Shown: positions 1-13,223 of the stretch, piece after piece
How the letters are laid out: every line of letters begins with the position of its first letter
Position numbering within the stretch: position 1 is the stretch's first letter
Source: Macrostomum hystrix
Lineage: Eukaryota; Animalia; Platyhelminthes
Direction of reading: 5' to 3'
Length of the DNA: 64,000 nt
Assembly (NCBI GenBank): GCA_950097015.1
Contig: CATNEN010000037.1
Location: 3,162,001 to 3,226,000, forward strand
Translations under genes and position numbers: made by a program
Notes under the pieces: generated by a model
What the model saw: the letters and a program-made list of their open reading frames with translations, nothing else
Told to the model about the DNA's origin: nothing
Database searches by the model: none

Positions 1-29
1 TGCACTAACAAAGTGAACATGTCAACGTC

Positions 30-416
30 ATGAGTAACTACTTTCAATCGCACTTTAGGTACCTCACGCATGGGAAGCGGAAGGCAACGGACATGGGGAA
101 GATGTCAGACGCTCTATCCGGATCGCTGTACGGGCGTCAACAGACGGGCGTGGTAGCAATTCCAGGGCCGCCGCCGCAGAGATCAGCTGAGCCCACCCTC
201 GACGGTGTCATCCGGCATGTCAACTGTCATCTGACAGTTCCAGGGGTCACCGGCGCATCGACGCCGCATGCGCAGCAGTCCACGCTTCAGCTTCCCTCCA
301 GTCAGGTGGTGCAGCAAGTTTGTGTGACAAGTTCGACCCCTGGCAACGCTGGAGCTCCAGCGCTGTCATTCCACTTTGGTGGACATTTTGAGAACTGCAC
401 ATTCAACCTTAAGTGA
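30..416 (+). mobile_element. C-terminal fragment of a Crypton-like tyrosine-recombinase (DUF3504-like) ORF
   Basis: ORF 30..416 has a 'Y..H..RK...M.KMSDALS' segment, a low-complexity spacer and a terminal 'F.GHFENCTFNL', the usual tail layout of Crypton/DUF3504 proteins. The catalytic core is not in the window. Recognition is by motif memory only. Confidence 0.4.
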
Positions 417-939
417 GCTGCCTGAGTTCTAATAAGAGCACGAGTAAGTGACATTTCTACTTGACAATGCCACACACGGTCATCTGGAGTATGCCGTGCA
501 AACTGCTTTGAAAATGTTGTCGCCGTTAATATTTCGTAAACACCAACAAGAATCCCCTTGTTGTACCGTTAATTCTTACTACGTTTTGAGCTCAAATAAA
601 TGCACTCTAAGTTTGCGTGCTGATAACGGTCATTGACGCACGCATTTTAGGCCGTTGATGCACGCTGTCTATGGTAAAATCTAGCATTGACGTGGCACGC
701 TGAGACTGCCTATCGTTTGATAATGGGCAACTTTTGCGTTCAAATTCGGCCTTTTTGCGTCCTATTTCGGCAGCGCAATCACATGGACACTGTGGGCACA
801 GTTCGAATGTTTTGCCATAGACACTTTCTCACTCGATCGCGTTCAGTGAGGGTGGGATGAAAAATTTGTCTCCGAAAGCAGGCCTATAGTCGTCTCCGCA
901 AGTCTGTTTCGGTGTTTTAATTTTCTGCTCCCGGCTAGA

Positions 940-2000
940 ATGCCTCCAAGAGGACAATACACGCGCGTCACGACAGTTGATCGACAGAGACTGATCGCAG
1001 CTTACGACTTCAATGCAGACTGGCGAGCGCTCGCTCGTGTGCTGGGCTTTGCGCGCCAAACTGCGGCAAGCATTATCAAAGCCTACGCTGACCAGGGCAG
1101 AGCGGACCCTCTTCCAAAACGCGGAGCAAAGAGGCGTTGCTTGACAGATGAGATGGTGAATGCGATCACCGAATTCCTGGAAACCCCACCTGGTGCAACA
1201 CTGGCGCAGATGAGGAACCACATCCTGCAGGGATTCCCCAATCTAGTGAATTTGTCACTGCCATCAGCCGCGCACTGGATGGAAGACTCATCACTCTCAA
1301 GCTCATGAGAGGGAATCCAGTGGATTGGAACACTCCCGTGACCAAGGAGGCCCGCCGCATGCATGCTGAGTGGATGCTGGCCGAAGGCGCCCATCGCCAC
1401 ACGATCTGGCTTGACGAGTTCGGTGTCAATCTGTGGACACTCCGCAGTCAGGGCTGGGCTCCACGAGGCCAGCGTGCCGTCTCGGTTTTGAATGGCCAGC
1501 GAGGGCAGAACCTAACCATCTGCCTGGTCATCTCGCCTGTGTATGGCCTGATTCACCTGACCACTATACAGGGAGGCTTCACTAACGCCCATTTCGCAGA
1601 CTTTCTAACCGAGTTGGACGTCCTGTTAGAGGAGGAGGAATTCGTGCTCATGGTTGGTGGCGCTCGTGCGCACCTGAACGTGCCAGGATTGGGTGAAGGT
1701 CATAAGTGCCGGTTTCTGCCCCCGTATTCACCATTCCTGAATGCCACTGAGCAGGCAGGCTCATGCCTGAAGGCAGCGCTGAAGCGCGCTCTCTCGTCGC
1801 CTGCGGTGCAGCGGGAGGCCGGCGATCAGACCACTGCACAAGCAGCGGGCATCTCACTGCAGCAACATCGACCCCGGCTGCTGCTACGCTTGGTGCGCAT
1901 AGCAGCGCAGGACATTACACCGTTTAAGTGTCTGCAATGGGTGAACCACGGCCAGACGTACGTGCAGCGTTGCCTGGATGCCGAGGATATTCAGAGGATG
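940..2000 (+). mobile_element. IS630/Tc1-superfamily DDE transposase, frameshifted pseudogene
   Basis: HTH region in ORF 940..1308 and DDE_3 region in ORF 1305..2117 (IWLDEFGVNL, GWAPRGQRA, FLPPYSPFLNATE). Frameshift near 1255 (TAISRALDGRLITLK lies in the downstream frame). The second catalytic Asp is lost (VLMVGGARAH instead of DNA..H). Confidence 0.85.
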
Positions 2001-2870
2001 TCCAGATATACTGGACTTTCTGATGCAAACAGAAAATGTGTCATAGTGCACTCCAGTGAAAGAAGAATCGATTCCAGACGAATTTTCACCAAGGGATCAA
2101 GGAAAGCTTGCCCTTAGCAACAGAATGCAGAATGGTTAATCCAAATCTTCCAAGACTGGCACAGTGAGAAAAAATCTCTGGGCCACAGTAAATGATCCAC
2201 CTCTAATGTGTCAAAATGAAGTGGACGAAATGTAAAAAAAGTGAGCTGAATTTTCTATTGAAACTGTTTGTCCTGGAGGTGCATACCGAAACTGGTGAAT
2301 GTTAGTCTGCATCCACACTGAAGGACATCTACTTTATAATGTAATACTATATCCAAAATACAGTGAAGAAGGACTGGAGCTAGTGAAGGGGCATTGCTTT
2401 TCTGGAGAGCAAATGTGCTCTTAATGCTGCCTTGAAATTCTGAACCAAGGATGGCAAGGATGCTGGACTCAACAAGGATAAATTATTGCACTAGCAAATG
2501 CTTGGTGTTGCAACACCAAGAGCACTTTTAAACGCCCTGGTGTGGCTCTTTGGCAAAACTTTAGTGCTCCAGGGTGCTTCCAAACTTTGTGACTTGCAGT
2601 TTGGATGCTTGAGAAGGTTGGAGATGACAAGTGTCTACAGTATTCTGGACTGCTGAGAAAATCTGTTACAACAATACAATCTGACTACTTACTATATATA
2701 TTTAGTTAAATGCTTTGAATTGAAATCTGAATTTGAAATTTTGAAAGAATTGTAGTTAAAGCAATAAAAGTATTCAAAAAATAGCCAAATTTACCAACAT
2801 ACCCCAGTACTAGAAGTATTAGCAAGCCTACCTGTGAGCCAGAAAATAGGTTTTTAAGCTGAATTGTGCC
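2000..2870 (+). pseudogene. Highly degenerate hAT transposase remnant
   Basis: Near 2815-2845 a frame reads LEVLASLPVS after 'FTNIP', resembling the hAT dimerisation motif FPNI..LL.ILATLPVS. The remainder is broken by stops. Confidence 0.3.
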
Positions 2871-3279
2871 CTAGCAGCCCTAACAGCGATTCGCTCAACA
2901 ATCGGTGAAGCTGGCTTGGAGGCAATTCTTTGGCTGCAATCACATCACATGGTCTTAAGGGTTGGCTGAGGTGGAAGTTTTTGGGCCAGAAAATACTTCT
3001 ATCTAGTTTATCTTCACCTGCACCCTCATGTCATGGCCACTGATGGAAAGATCATTTTAGAAACCCCACAAGGGGCATCCCAAAAGTCTATTGAGTATGA
3101 GCCGTCAGTATAACCATGAGCTCCACTGCCCATGGTTATTTACTAGAGCAACCCCTCTCAAACTTAAAAGAAATAATTTGAGCTTAAATATTTAATATTC
3201 AAAGTGAATTAATAAATTAACCAGTCTAGTGATTTTAAACTTGGCCGATCTGATGGAGGACATTAACAATATCAAGCAG

Positions 3280-4330
3280 TGCTTGTACATTAAAGCCGAA
3301 TTTTTGCAAGGAACAAAAGCTGCACAAGTTTAAAGACCTTGCCTTTACTTAAGCGATCTGTGCACAATTGGTATGCGCGCTTCAGAGATGGGCGATTCGC
3401 GATTCAACATCGAGGATGGCCAGCGATCAGGATGGCCAAGGAAGTCTTGATCAGATGCCAACATCGAGCTGGTGAAGGACATCCTCAAAATCAATTGTCG
3501 GTGGACTTGTGAAAAACTGGAGGAACTGACTGGAATTTCATCCACTAGTGTACAAAGAATTTTAACAGAAGATCTGGGCTTGCTGTAGGTCACAGCTCGA
3601 TGGGTGCCTCACCACCCAGGTGGTGAGGCACCCATTGAAGGATTGTTGAAAGGATCGTCAGAGAACAGTTGCCCAGAAGATGCTGCAGTGCTTTCAGGAG
3701 GAGGGAGAGAAAGTTCTTCAGGGAATTGTGACTTTAGACGAGACATGGGCCTGCTCATATGAGCCAAATCTTAGTCGCAGAAGCATGAAGCATGATTGTT
3801 CTGCTGCACAGTCTTCCCAGCCAGAAATCCTGAGACGCAGCAATGGGTCCAAGAAGATGATGCACATCGTCTGCTATGAATACTTCAGTATGCTTCTTGT
3901 GCACAGAGTGCCTAAAGGGACAGACTGTAAACCAGGAGTATTACAGATAATTCATTATTTACCATCTTCGTCTAGTGCTTCAGAAGAAGCAAGCACTGAC
4001 ACTTTCAAATGGATCCCTTTTGCTGCAAGACAATGCAAGCCCCCACACTGGTTGGATTGTGAAGGAGCTGCTGGCAAACTATGACTGGGAAGTCCTACCT
4101 CATCCCACCTATTCTCCCAACCTGAGTCCTTGTGACTTTGATCTCTTTCCAAAGCTAAAAAATCAGCTACAAGGCCACTGCTACTACTGTCTGGATAAAC
4201 TCTTCAGCATCATTGTGCTTTAACACCTGTGTGATTCTGGTGCTGCTTGCTGTCAGAGTCAAGAAACTACCAGAGTGCTGGGAGGATTGATTATGGTCGA
4301 TGAAAGTTGTTTTGAAGGCCTATAAGTTTT
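3280..4330 (+). mobile_element. mariner (DD34D) transposase pseudogene
   Basis: Fragments ED..RSG.P, ARWVPH (3595-3615), IVTLDETW..YEP, LLLQDNASPH and WEVLPHPTYSPNLSPCDFDLFPKLK are spread over several frames with stops. Confidence 0.85.
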
Positions 4331-5124
4331 TTAACTTTCTTGTTGCATTGTTGAATTTTTGAGAGGCTATTGAACATAGTTTTGGGATGCCCTTTATAAA
4401 CAAACAGGCAGCTTATTTGTATTTTTATACAGATCCAGTTATTTACAGAGTTGCAAGCAATACTCCCAGACATGTGCACTCCTTGGCTTAAACCTAATTG
4501 CAAGCATTTTTGCAATAGCATAATATAATATTTTTGCAATATTATATTTGCTATGATTAGAATAAATGCTTACTAACAGTCATGGGTGGTACCAGCCGAA
4601 TCCTAAAGCTCAGAAAAAATGTATAACATACCTTACTATAGAAACCCTACAAATTTTAGAGGCAATTAGTAAAGTCATTTTATGCCATTATGTGCACTTG
4701 GCAGCAATTAAGCAGGCAAAATAATGATACTTTGGAGCTCCACACTCTACAATTGAAGATTTTAAGCATACCAGAATGGTTGTGGCTGAACCAAATCCTT
4801 TTGGACCAATGTGCTACTCACTATACCATTAGCAAGGTTGATAAGCAATGATTGTAAATGTCACATTGCTTATTTTATTGTCAGTCAGTCGCTTGACATT
4901 TCCAGTCCAAATGAGTGACTCTACCTTTCAAGTTGACTTTTGGTTATTAGGCCCATATCTATTATCCCAGACTGTACATTGTATTTCGAGCCGTGAATGT
5001 ACACAGCCCAAACCCCTAGACTGTCTACTGGCCCCCAAGCAGCACTGAGACTGAGTGTGGTGAGTGCGGTGGCGTCCCAGTGCACAGGGCTCTCTGGTCG
5101 ATATTTGGGTGAGACAGTACAGAA

Positions 5125-5604
5125 ATGATGCCACCAACGAAATTAACTACCAACTCTCTAGATCCTCCTGGAACTCCATCGCACAACTTGCAGCTGAAAG
5201 TTGGGGCACCAATTATGCTCCTCCGCAACCTGAATGCGCCAAGGCTGTGTAACGGCACCAGACTGATAGTCAGGCGGCTCTTCCCACACGTGATTGAGGC
5301 CACGATAATGACTGGATCTGGCAGAGGAGAGTCTGTGTTTGTTCCCCGGATTCCAATTATCCCCACGGACCTGCCATTTCAGTTCAAGCGACTGCAGTTC
5401 CCTGTGAGAGTGTGCTTTGCGATGACTATTAACAAGGCTCAGGGACAGTCGCTGAAGGTGGCTGGCATCAACCTGGAGACTCCTTGCTTCTCGCATGGGC
5501 AGCTTTATGTCGCCTGCTCCCGTGTTGGAACTCCAGCTGGCCTATTCATTTTTGCACCAAGGGGAAGAACGAAGAATGTGGTGCATCCCCAGGCCTTGAG
5601 GTGA
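5125..5604 (+). CDS. Helitron RepHel PIF1-like helicase, C-terminal fragment
   Basis: Motifs [42 protein letters not shown] and [13 protein letters not shown]. Confidence 0.92.
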   Translation: MMPPTKLTTNSLDPPGTPSHNLQLKVGAPIMLLRNLNAPRLCNGTRLIVRRLFPHVIEATIMTGSGRGESVFVPRIPIIPTDLPFQFKRLQFPVRVCFAMTINKAQGQSLKVAGINLETPCFSHGQLYVACSRVGTPAGLFIFAPRGRTKNVVHPQALR

Positions 5605-5756
5605 CTCGCAAGCAATTAATAGAAAAGTAGTCACGAATTGACCTTGACCTGTCTAACTCTGAACTCTGAAACAGTTTAATTTTGTTTCTTTGACATTGTT
5701 ATTGTTATGCCATGGCTATTTTCCTTATGTATACGCGTGTACATGCATACTGTATA

Positions 5757-6029
5757 CAGAGGCAGATTTAGGGGGGGGGCGGGGGGGCAGTCGCCCCCCT
5801 AAATTTTAATCATGGGAATAAGATGCCCCCACCAGGGGCGCCAGTCGCAGCACTGGCACCCCTTTTCGGCCGCTGGCGCCCCTTTTTCAGCCGCTGGCTC
5901 CCGTTTTTCAGTGCTGGCGCCCTTTCTTGGCTCCTGGCGCCCTTTTTCGGCCGCTGGCACCCCCTCTGTGATTCTCATGGCGCTCCCCTGACAGACTGCC
6001 CCAAAACAAAATTCCTGGATCTGCCACTG
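5757..6029. mobile_element. hAT-type MITE inserted in the Helitron 3' region
   Basis: Imperfect TIRs CAGAGGCAGATTTAGG / CCTGGATCTGCCACTG. 8-bp TSD ACTGTATA at 5749-5756 and 6030-6037. Internal short GC-rich tandem repeats. Confidence 0.85.
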
Positions 6030-8041
6030 ACTGTATAGAGGAGTGGCTAAGAGACATGTTTCTAAAGAAGTAATCAAGAGGGGGCTGTTTGGACAAACTT
6101 TTCACTTATTTTTTACTTAAAACGCCCTTTAAACAAACTCTTCACTTTTCATTAATGCAGTAAATAAATAAATGGTGACCTTCACTATAAAGTTAATACA
6201 GAGACGTGAATTGCTTACTGCTTTGCTTTAAATTTCTGCCCCAAAAACAACGGGCAAAAAAAGCTAGTGTTTTATAAAGCAATGAGTTCTTCCAGTTAAA
6301 TTTAACTGTGTTCTGTGTTGGTATTTGGTGAGAAAAGCAAAAGCTGATTGGTTATAAGAGAATTACAGTCATTTATAGGAGTAGAGCAATAGAATAAATA
6401 GTAACATATGTTGTGTCTGAATGGAAGCCTCCAATCCATTGGAGCCTTTTTAAAGACTGGTTGTAGCCAATAATATATAAAATAGTAGGGGGCCTAATTC
6501 TATAAGGTTTGAGAGTAAAGTGTCTTACTGCTCGGGCACTTGTGACTTGCTACCATAGTTATTGAATGTAGAAATGCAGAAGTTATGTTTGTTCAATTAA
6601 AGGCATTTAATGTTATAAGAGAGAATCTGTCTATAGGAGAAAGTGTTATAAGTCGGGCATGTGAAATTAGTTATTAATAAATCTCTGAACAAATTGTTAG
6701 CAGTTGGCTTGCTCCAATGAAGTACAGCAATTCTGAAGGGGAAGAGCAATGTAACGAAGAGTGTGAATAAATGAGAAGTGATTTCTCTCTGAAAGAGGTA
6801 CTAGTAGCTGACATGTTTCAGTGAATTAAGGTAACTCAGAAAGGGAGGTGAAGTTTTTGGAGTGTTCCTGGATTGAAGTCCAGAAGCCCAGCTCAGAGTA
6901 GTAGACTCTGGGAGAGTCATTGACAAGTTGTGAAGTCATGACTAAGTGATCAGTTCCAAAAGGCTGACAAGGCGCAGTGCTGATCTGAGGGATCAGATGT
7001 AGAGCCAGTGTTGTGGAATTTTGTAGAGGCACAAAGGTTGCCTGAAGTCGCCTACCTGAAGAAAGACACACTGTGGCCTGATTATCAGATGAGGACTGTG
7101 TTGTGATGTAAATAGGCATTGTGGTTGCCTGAGAAAGCAGATAAAGAGGCCTGAAGCAAGAAGTGAAGAGGCACAGAAGATTGCCTGAAGAGGCCTATCT
7201 GAGTAAGGGCGCTGTTATGGCCCGAAGTGTATTTAAGAGAGGCAAATGATGCCTAGAGAAATGAGAGGAGACTCGTGTGAAATTTGAGAAGGCACATGGC
7301 CTGAGGATAATCAAATAAGAAATTATGTAAGCAGAGTAAATAGATTAGAGAAGGCAGATAAGTCAACATGAATAAATTAGGAAATTGGATATGGCCCGCA
7401 TGCCAGTTAAATTAAGCGACAGATGGTCGAGAAATAAATATTACAGATCACCTCTTAGTTGTGAGATTTAATTAAAAGAGCGAGGTGATGAAGAAGAACA
7501 TGTGTCAACTGTGCGACATATTGTGTAAATAGTTGTATAAACACACTTTAAACGTTGTGAAAATAGTATTAAATGTTGTCTTTGAATATTTCTGTTGTAT
7601 AAGCTGAAAGAAATAAGTTATGCGTGCTACTGTGAGTAAACGTGGGAGCACATTCAAGCTCAATATCCTCACCATTAGAAAGGGTGAGAGTGATGACGTA
7701 ACCACTTTCCCATAAGGATCAGTGCTAATTAATATCTGATTGCGGATTACAAGCATTAAAATGCGATTATTTCATGAAATAATGAAGCTAGAAAAATAAT
7801 TCAAAATTGGCAATAATCTATGGAAAGAAATCTTTAAAAGGACACCAACCTTATTAGAAAAGGTTGAGAATTGCTCAAAAAATTATAAATCTCAGGTCAA
7901 AGGCTAAATGTCAAGTGTCAAAAGTAAGAGGTGGGGCATGGGAGACCTTTGAATAGGTCCAGTTTTTGGCCCATGTGGGTATAAATAACAGATGGAGACC
8001 CCTGGAGAGACATGTGCTAAAAGCAAACAAGCAAAATTCTC

Positions 8042-8923
8042 ATGCTAAGAATGAGCAATGACGTAGGACGCGAAGAACAAGAGCCGGACGAGATTGAGGC
8101 CTTCCTGAAAGCAATCCAGGAAGACTACAGCTTGGTGGAAGATGAGAATTTGCCTACCGAAGCTCCGGAAAGGCAGCCCACAAGACCGCGATTGCCGTCT
8201 GGAGGTAACGGCAGCAGCAGTGCCACCAACAACAGTAGCCACGGCGGCAGAAGTTCAAGCCAGACCAACCGGCGCGCCCACGGTGTGGATGACATCAGCA
8301 GTGTTAGCGGCAATGGCCGCAACCTCGACAGCGGCAGTGGCAACGGCGGAGGCAGCAACGGCAGTGGCGGCAAGCGAGTTCGACTGGAGGCAGAGGAGTG
8401 ACCGGGGCCTGTTAATGCGACAACAGCTGCCAAGGATCGGAAGCAGCTGCTAATGGAACAGGCAGCTACCCCCGTAAAAACTGCGGTTCGAGGAGCTGGC
8501 GGGATGGCTTGCAGCTGTCAACTTTTGGTGCAACCCGATCTAAGGCGGCAATTGACCAGCCGCCCAGTTGCTACAGCAGGCGGGGAAACACCAGCAGGCA
8601 ACGAAACAGAGGATTATCGGCGGGTCATCCGGGCGCTCATCCTTCAGCACGGCGTCCTGATTGAGTGTAGCCAATATGCTCTGGTGCAATATATGCTGAG
8701 GATTGCGTTCTTGCGCACAGACGAAGCCCTGCCGCAGCGAGCCCAAGTATGGTTGAGCTCTGCGGGAGCGCCTATCGCGGACCAACGCCATGGCTGTCCT
8801 ATAGGATATCTGTGCCATGGTTCTGTAAGCCATCACTGCAGATGGCCGGACGGAATTCCAGCACCTCTTGGCCATAGAAGTTTGTTGGGTGAGCCAGCAG
8901 CTCGGCTGGCCTTTTTATCATGA
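8042..8923 (+). other. GC-rich ORF pair (8042-8401 acidic/Gly-Ser-Asn-rich with terminal KRVR; 8453-8923) of unknown origin
   Basis: GC-rich coding-like island in AT-rich flanks. No recognisable domain; possibly an accessory ORF of a decayed mobile element. Confidence 0.25.
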
Positions 8924-9750
8924 GCTCCCGGAGCAGTGCAACTTTGAGTGATTGCTTAATTTTTTAGGACTTTATCTTGAGGGTGCAAGAAGACAACTTC
9001 CTTTTAATCATGAACATTTTTATTTTAGTGTTTTAGTATGTTAGTATTTTTCCTTCTGAATGTTTTATTTTTCTTTGTTGTGTTTTTCTTTATGTTGTAA
9101 TTGTCGAGTAAAAAAATATCACTCATGTCTTTTTTCATTTTTTTCACTTTGAGAAGGCAGGTTGTAGCAGTTTAATATTTTGCACTAGGCCTATATAGTA
9201 TATTTCAACTATTTTTATTTTCTGCGCTATATATATATTGTATATGCCATATATATATTGTATACACCATATACTATAAATATTTTTTCTATTATAGAAA
9301 AATACTGTGTTAAAACAAATTTTAAGAACAATATATATAGGAGGAAATCTTGCTGTCAGAAAGATATCTCGCCAGTGAGCCAGGAAAGGCAATAACTGAG
9401 TAACACCTTTTGATTAAGAGAACTTATTGTGTTATTTATTAAGGAGATACATTCGAGTGTGGAGATAGACGAGGATTGAGGCTGTGACCCTCTGATCCTG
9501 GAGAAACCCCAGCAGAGACTGGAGAATAAGAGACCAGTGCCTTAGAGGGATAAACCACTCGTGCCAGTGCAGAAGCGCTACCTAGGAGAAGCTCACAATG
9601 TAAGAGTTGTGATGTTAAAACGGCCCTTTTCAGGGCCACCGAGTTAAAGACTACGGAGAGTGTGAATAGTAGAGAAGGAGCTAAAAGAATGGAAGAGGCC
9701 AAAAGATACGCTACCAAGAGAGAGAAAAGTAGAGTCATAAGCCTTGTTAC

Positions 9751-10691
9751 TGTAGTGAGCCACTGCTTAGGGGCCTATTGGTGTCTCACTAGCTGTCAGT
9801 AGCCCCACCTGCAAGGTAGCTTAGGTGTCCCCTTTTGCTTGCATTGAGTGGCTGCCCAGCCCGCCCTCTCTGGCGTTGTCTGGTCTGTCCCTCTGCCCTT
9901 CCCTTCCCGGCCGCGCCTGTACTTTGAGTGTGCTGTCTCTTCCCCCCAGGCATGAGTCATCACCTCTTTGTCCCGCACTGGCTTTGTTGTCCTTTGTCCT
10001 TTTTCTTTGTGTGTGGTTGTCTGCACTCAGTCAGCACGCGATTCTCCTCATGTGACTGGCCTCTCTCTTTGTCTTTTAAAGTGCAAGTAAACATGTTTAC
10101 TGCACTTGGGGCTTTGATTATGGGACAGGAACCTACGTAGGAGTGACGTTTCTGGCGCCACTGACGTCAGTTGCTATTTTTAGAAACCACGTGATTCCAT
10201 CACGTGTTTTCTAACTCTGCACTGACCCTATGGGAGGCCCCTGCCTATAAAAGAAAGGCCCGCTCCTCTGGCTCTTTAGAAGTTGTTAGTCAATTGTAGA
10301 ACTGTTGTTCTAGTTCTGGTTCTTCTCTGATAGCGATACTCTGACTTTGTTAGTCACTGTGCCATCAGTGTCTAAGTTTCCTACTTCAGTCTCTACATGT
10401 GACTGCACGTAAGCTCAGTTCTGGCTAAGTCCCGAAACTAACTTAGCCTTCCACCCCACCATCCGAGCTACGCAGGACACTGACAGCCTGTAATTACAAC
10501 TGAAACTCTGCACTGTGTGCTTCTTGAGACTTCGTGACTTTATCTCTTTTGGGCCAAGGACCCTTCACCTCACCGAAGGCAGAAGTCCTGACACCCTGGT
10601 GGCAGCGCTACTACTACACTACCTAGTATTCTTGGACTTCATATTGGAGTTCGCCGGATCCCACATTGTTAGCAGGACGACCGGTACAACA
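9751..10691 (+). mobile_element. Probable solo LTR (Gypsy-like)
   Basis: Starts TGTAG and ends CAACA. 4-bp TSD TTAC at 9747-9750 and 10692-10695. Internal TATAAAAG near 10246. No internal coding region. Confidence 0.55.
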
Positions 10692-12629
10692 TTACATATA
10701 TATACATAATAAAGTGTTATCCCAATAATTTAGGTAAATTTAAATATATGACAAAAGTTGATTATTAACTATAAGCATTTTGCAGTGGATAATATAACTA
10801 TTTTACAAATAAGAAAGGAGCCCTATGACAATATATTCAGAAAAACTAGGCCCCTATTTGACCAAAATTCATGACTTTCTTGCATCAAAAAATTACAAAC
10901 TCATAATAATTTACAAAACTATTGTTTTGCCATGATGCCAGCTAGGACCTATTTTTTAATTCTGCTAGAGGGCAGAGGCTAGACTAGAGGTTAAACTATT
11001 AACTATATATTAACTAGGGCCTACTACTACAATAATTGTATGTGTAGGGGAAAATGATTTGTGACTAAAACATGCCTAGTAGGCCCTAGCCAAAAAAACT
11101 TTTTTTGTAAAAGACACATTCTAAAGACTAAAAAATAATTTAACTTTGCCGAGTCTTAATCCAACAAACCAGTCTCTTTACTTAAAGCTCCACACCACCA
11201 CTATAGTACTAATAATAAAATGGCACACATATCACATTTCGAACAATGTAATTGTAGATTCTGTGATGCCTGTGCAACGAAAAAAGACAGATAAATATCA
11301 TTAGGCCTTGAAGAAATACAATGCTACGGAAGCACACTATTTAAAACAATAAATTACACCATAGATAACAATAATTTCGTCATTTTAGAAAAGCGCTTTA
11401 AGTGAATACTGGCAAACATCTTTTAAAAAACTTTTTTAACAACTGGAATGTAATCAGGAAACAGAAGTGTAGAATCTAAATTCATTTACGAATGGCATGG
11501 CTACTGGATGAAATAAGATAACAATATTTCTTTTGTGTGGCTTTTGTTAATACAATTGTTAGTACTTTTTTGAACAATATAATTCCGCAACATTTTATTA
11601 AGCTTGCATTTCGAATCATTTATCTTCGCGTATGGTTTACTTATTTGCATTGCGCATATCTTACAAAGTGACTAAAGCGCTGACTTTTTTCTGAAACTTC
11701 TGCAATCTTATGAAATTTTACTCCTTCCTTTTGTATATGGAAAATGGGAAAATCTTCCAAACTGGAAATTTTGAACCAAATGGTAAAGACAGCGCCGGTC
11801 CCCATTGGGATGCCACTACAATTCTCTTAAATTATGTGAAACAACAGATCGTCTGAAGTGCAGGTTGTCATCAGTACCTCTAGTAGACCTGCTGCCAGTG
11901 TGGTTTCCCATAAATCGAATTTATATAGGGTATTCTGACTGTCACATCAGTCAGGTGATCCATCTTCTGGACAAATATTTATAAAGTAAGCTAATTATGT
12001 ATGACCCTCGGTATAAAGACAAGGAAAAACGCTAGTCAGAGTAATAATATTAACATTTAAGAAGTCAGATTTATTTATCAATATCCCTATCAATAAATAT
12101 AATGTTTCGTTTATTAAAACCATTTCTCGCGGCTTGAATCCACAGCAGGCCAAGGATGAGCGAAAAAAACTAATATTCAAATGTTCAAACTTCTGCAAAA
12201 TTATATTACAAGAAATCTTCAGTTGTTCGTAATGAACAAATTAGCTATAATTTAGAACCGGAATGCACTAAAACATTCATCGAGCCCTAAGTTTGCAGCA
12301 TAACTTTAACTGAGGGGATACAAAAATAAGTGAAAAAAGGGCGCCGGTCAAATTCAAAACGCCGGTTCGCCTGTCACGAGCTAGGGTTAGCTAGATTTTG
12401 GTGATTAAGACGAGCGGCGCGAGAGCAAAGTGCGCACAAGAGCCTTTTAGAGATAGAATCTACATTGGCTAATTAAAATTTGAAATCTGAATTTCCACTT
12501 TATTACCATTCCCTTTATCCTTTTCAGTCCCAAACGTTTTTTTATTAATGAAGATGGCAGGATCTTCATTTGTTCAAGGTTGGGGTTCAGGGTACTTCGA
12601 ACCCCAAGCACTGACTTCGAAACCAATAG

Positions 12630-12659
12630 TAACCCTAACCCTAACCCTAACCCTAACCC
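12630..12659 (-). repeat. Interstitial telomere-type repeat (TTAGGG)5
   Basis: (TAACCC)x5 on the + strand. Confidence 0.9.
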
Positions 12660-13223
12660 CACTACCCCAAACCTATGGTACGGAAACCCGACCGCAACAC
12701 CAACCCGATCCCTAATATCGAAAACCCGTAGATAAAATGTGTCAACAGAAATAAAGAAGAGCTTCAACATTTTTACGACATGATCATGCAGAAGCGGCAT
12801 CTGCTAAAACAAATCTCATAAAACAGTTGTCAGGTAAAGACAATTAATGCAGAGATAAGTGAGTTCATATTCTACTATTATACTCGTACTAATACGCCTT
12901 ATATCGCTGAACCAAAAATGATGTGAATCATGCAGATACACACACACAACTATAAAATTGTGTTCCTAAAAACGGTTCTCGAATATGGCTAAAATGGATC
13001 ATTTAAGGTCAAGAAACGCTCTGACAATCCGCAGAAATGAAGACCTTAAGATGTAAAGTCGCTAAACTAGTTTGATATTTCTATATTTGTCAGAGAATCC
13101 AGAATAATACGAGTAAGTCCACAAAAAATCAGGCCCCGAACCAGCGTATGCTTACACGATTAAAATATAGGTAAAATCTTATAAACAGGTGAGAAAAGGA
13201 AAAACACAAATCAGTCGAATTGA

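Larger units (their letters stand above)
5110..6267 (+). mobile_element. 3' end of a Helitron (5'-truncated)
   Basis: PIF1 helicase C-terminus, followed by a GCCC...GGGC hairpin (6238-6255) and the CTAG|T terminus at 6264-6268. Confidence 0.85.

Noticed and set aside
1255-1310. Programmed frameshift or coupled ORFs (ATGA overlap) in the IS630/Tc1 element
   Set aside because: The conserved sequence switches frame near 1255 with no slippery site, and a catalytic Asp is mutated. Simple decay explains it.
6660-7518. LTR-like segment on the - strand (TGTCGCA...TTTCACA)
   Set aside because: The flanks (GGGCA vs TATTG) give no TSD, and no partner LTR or convincing PBS was found.
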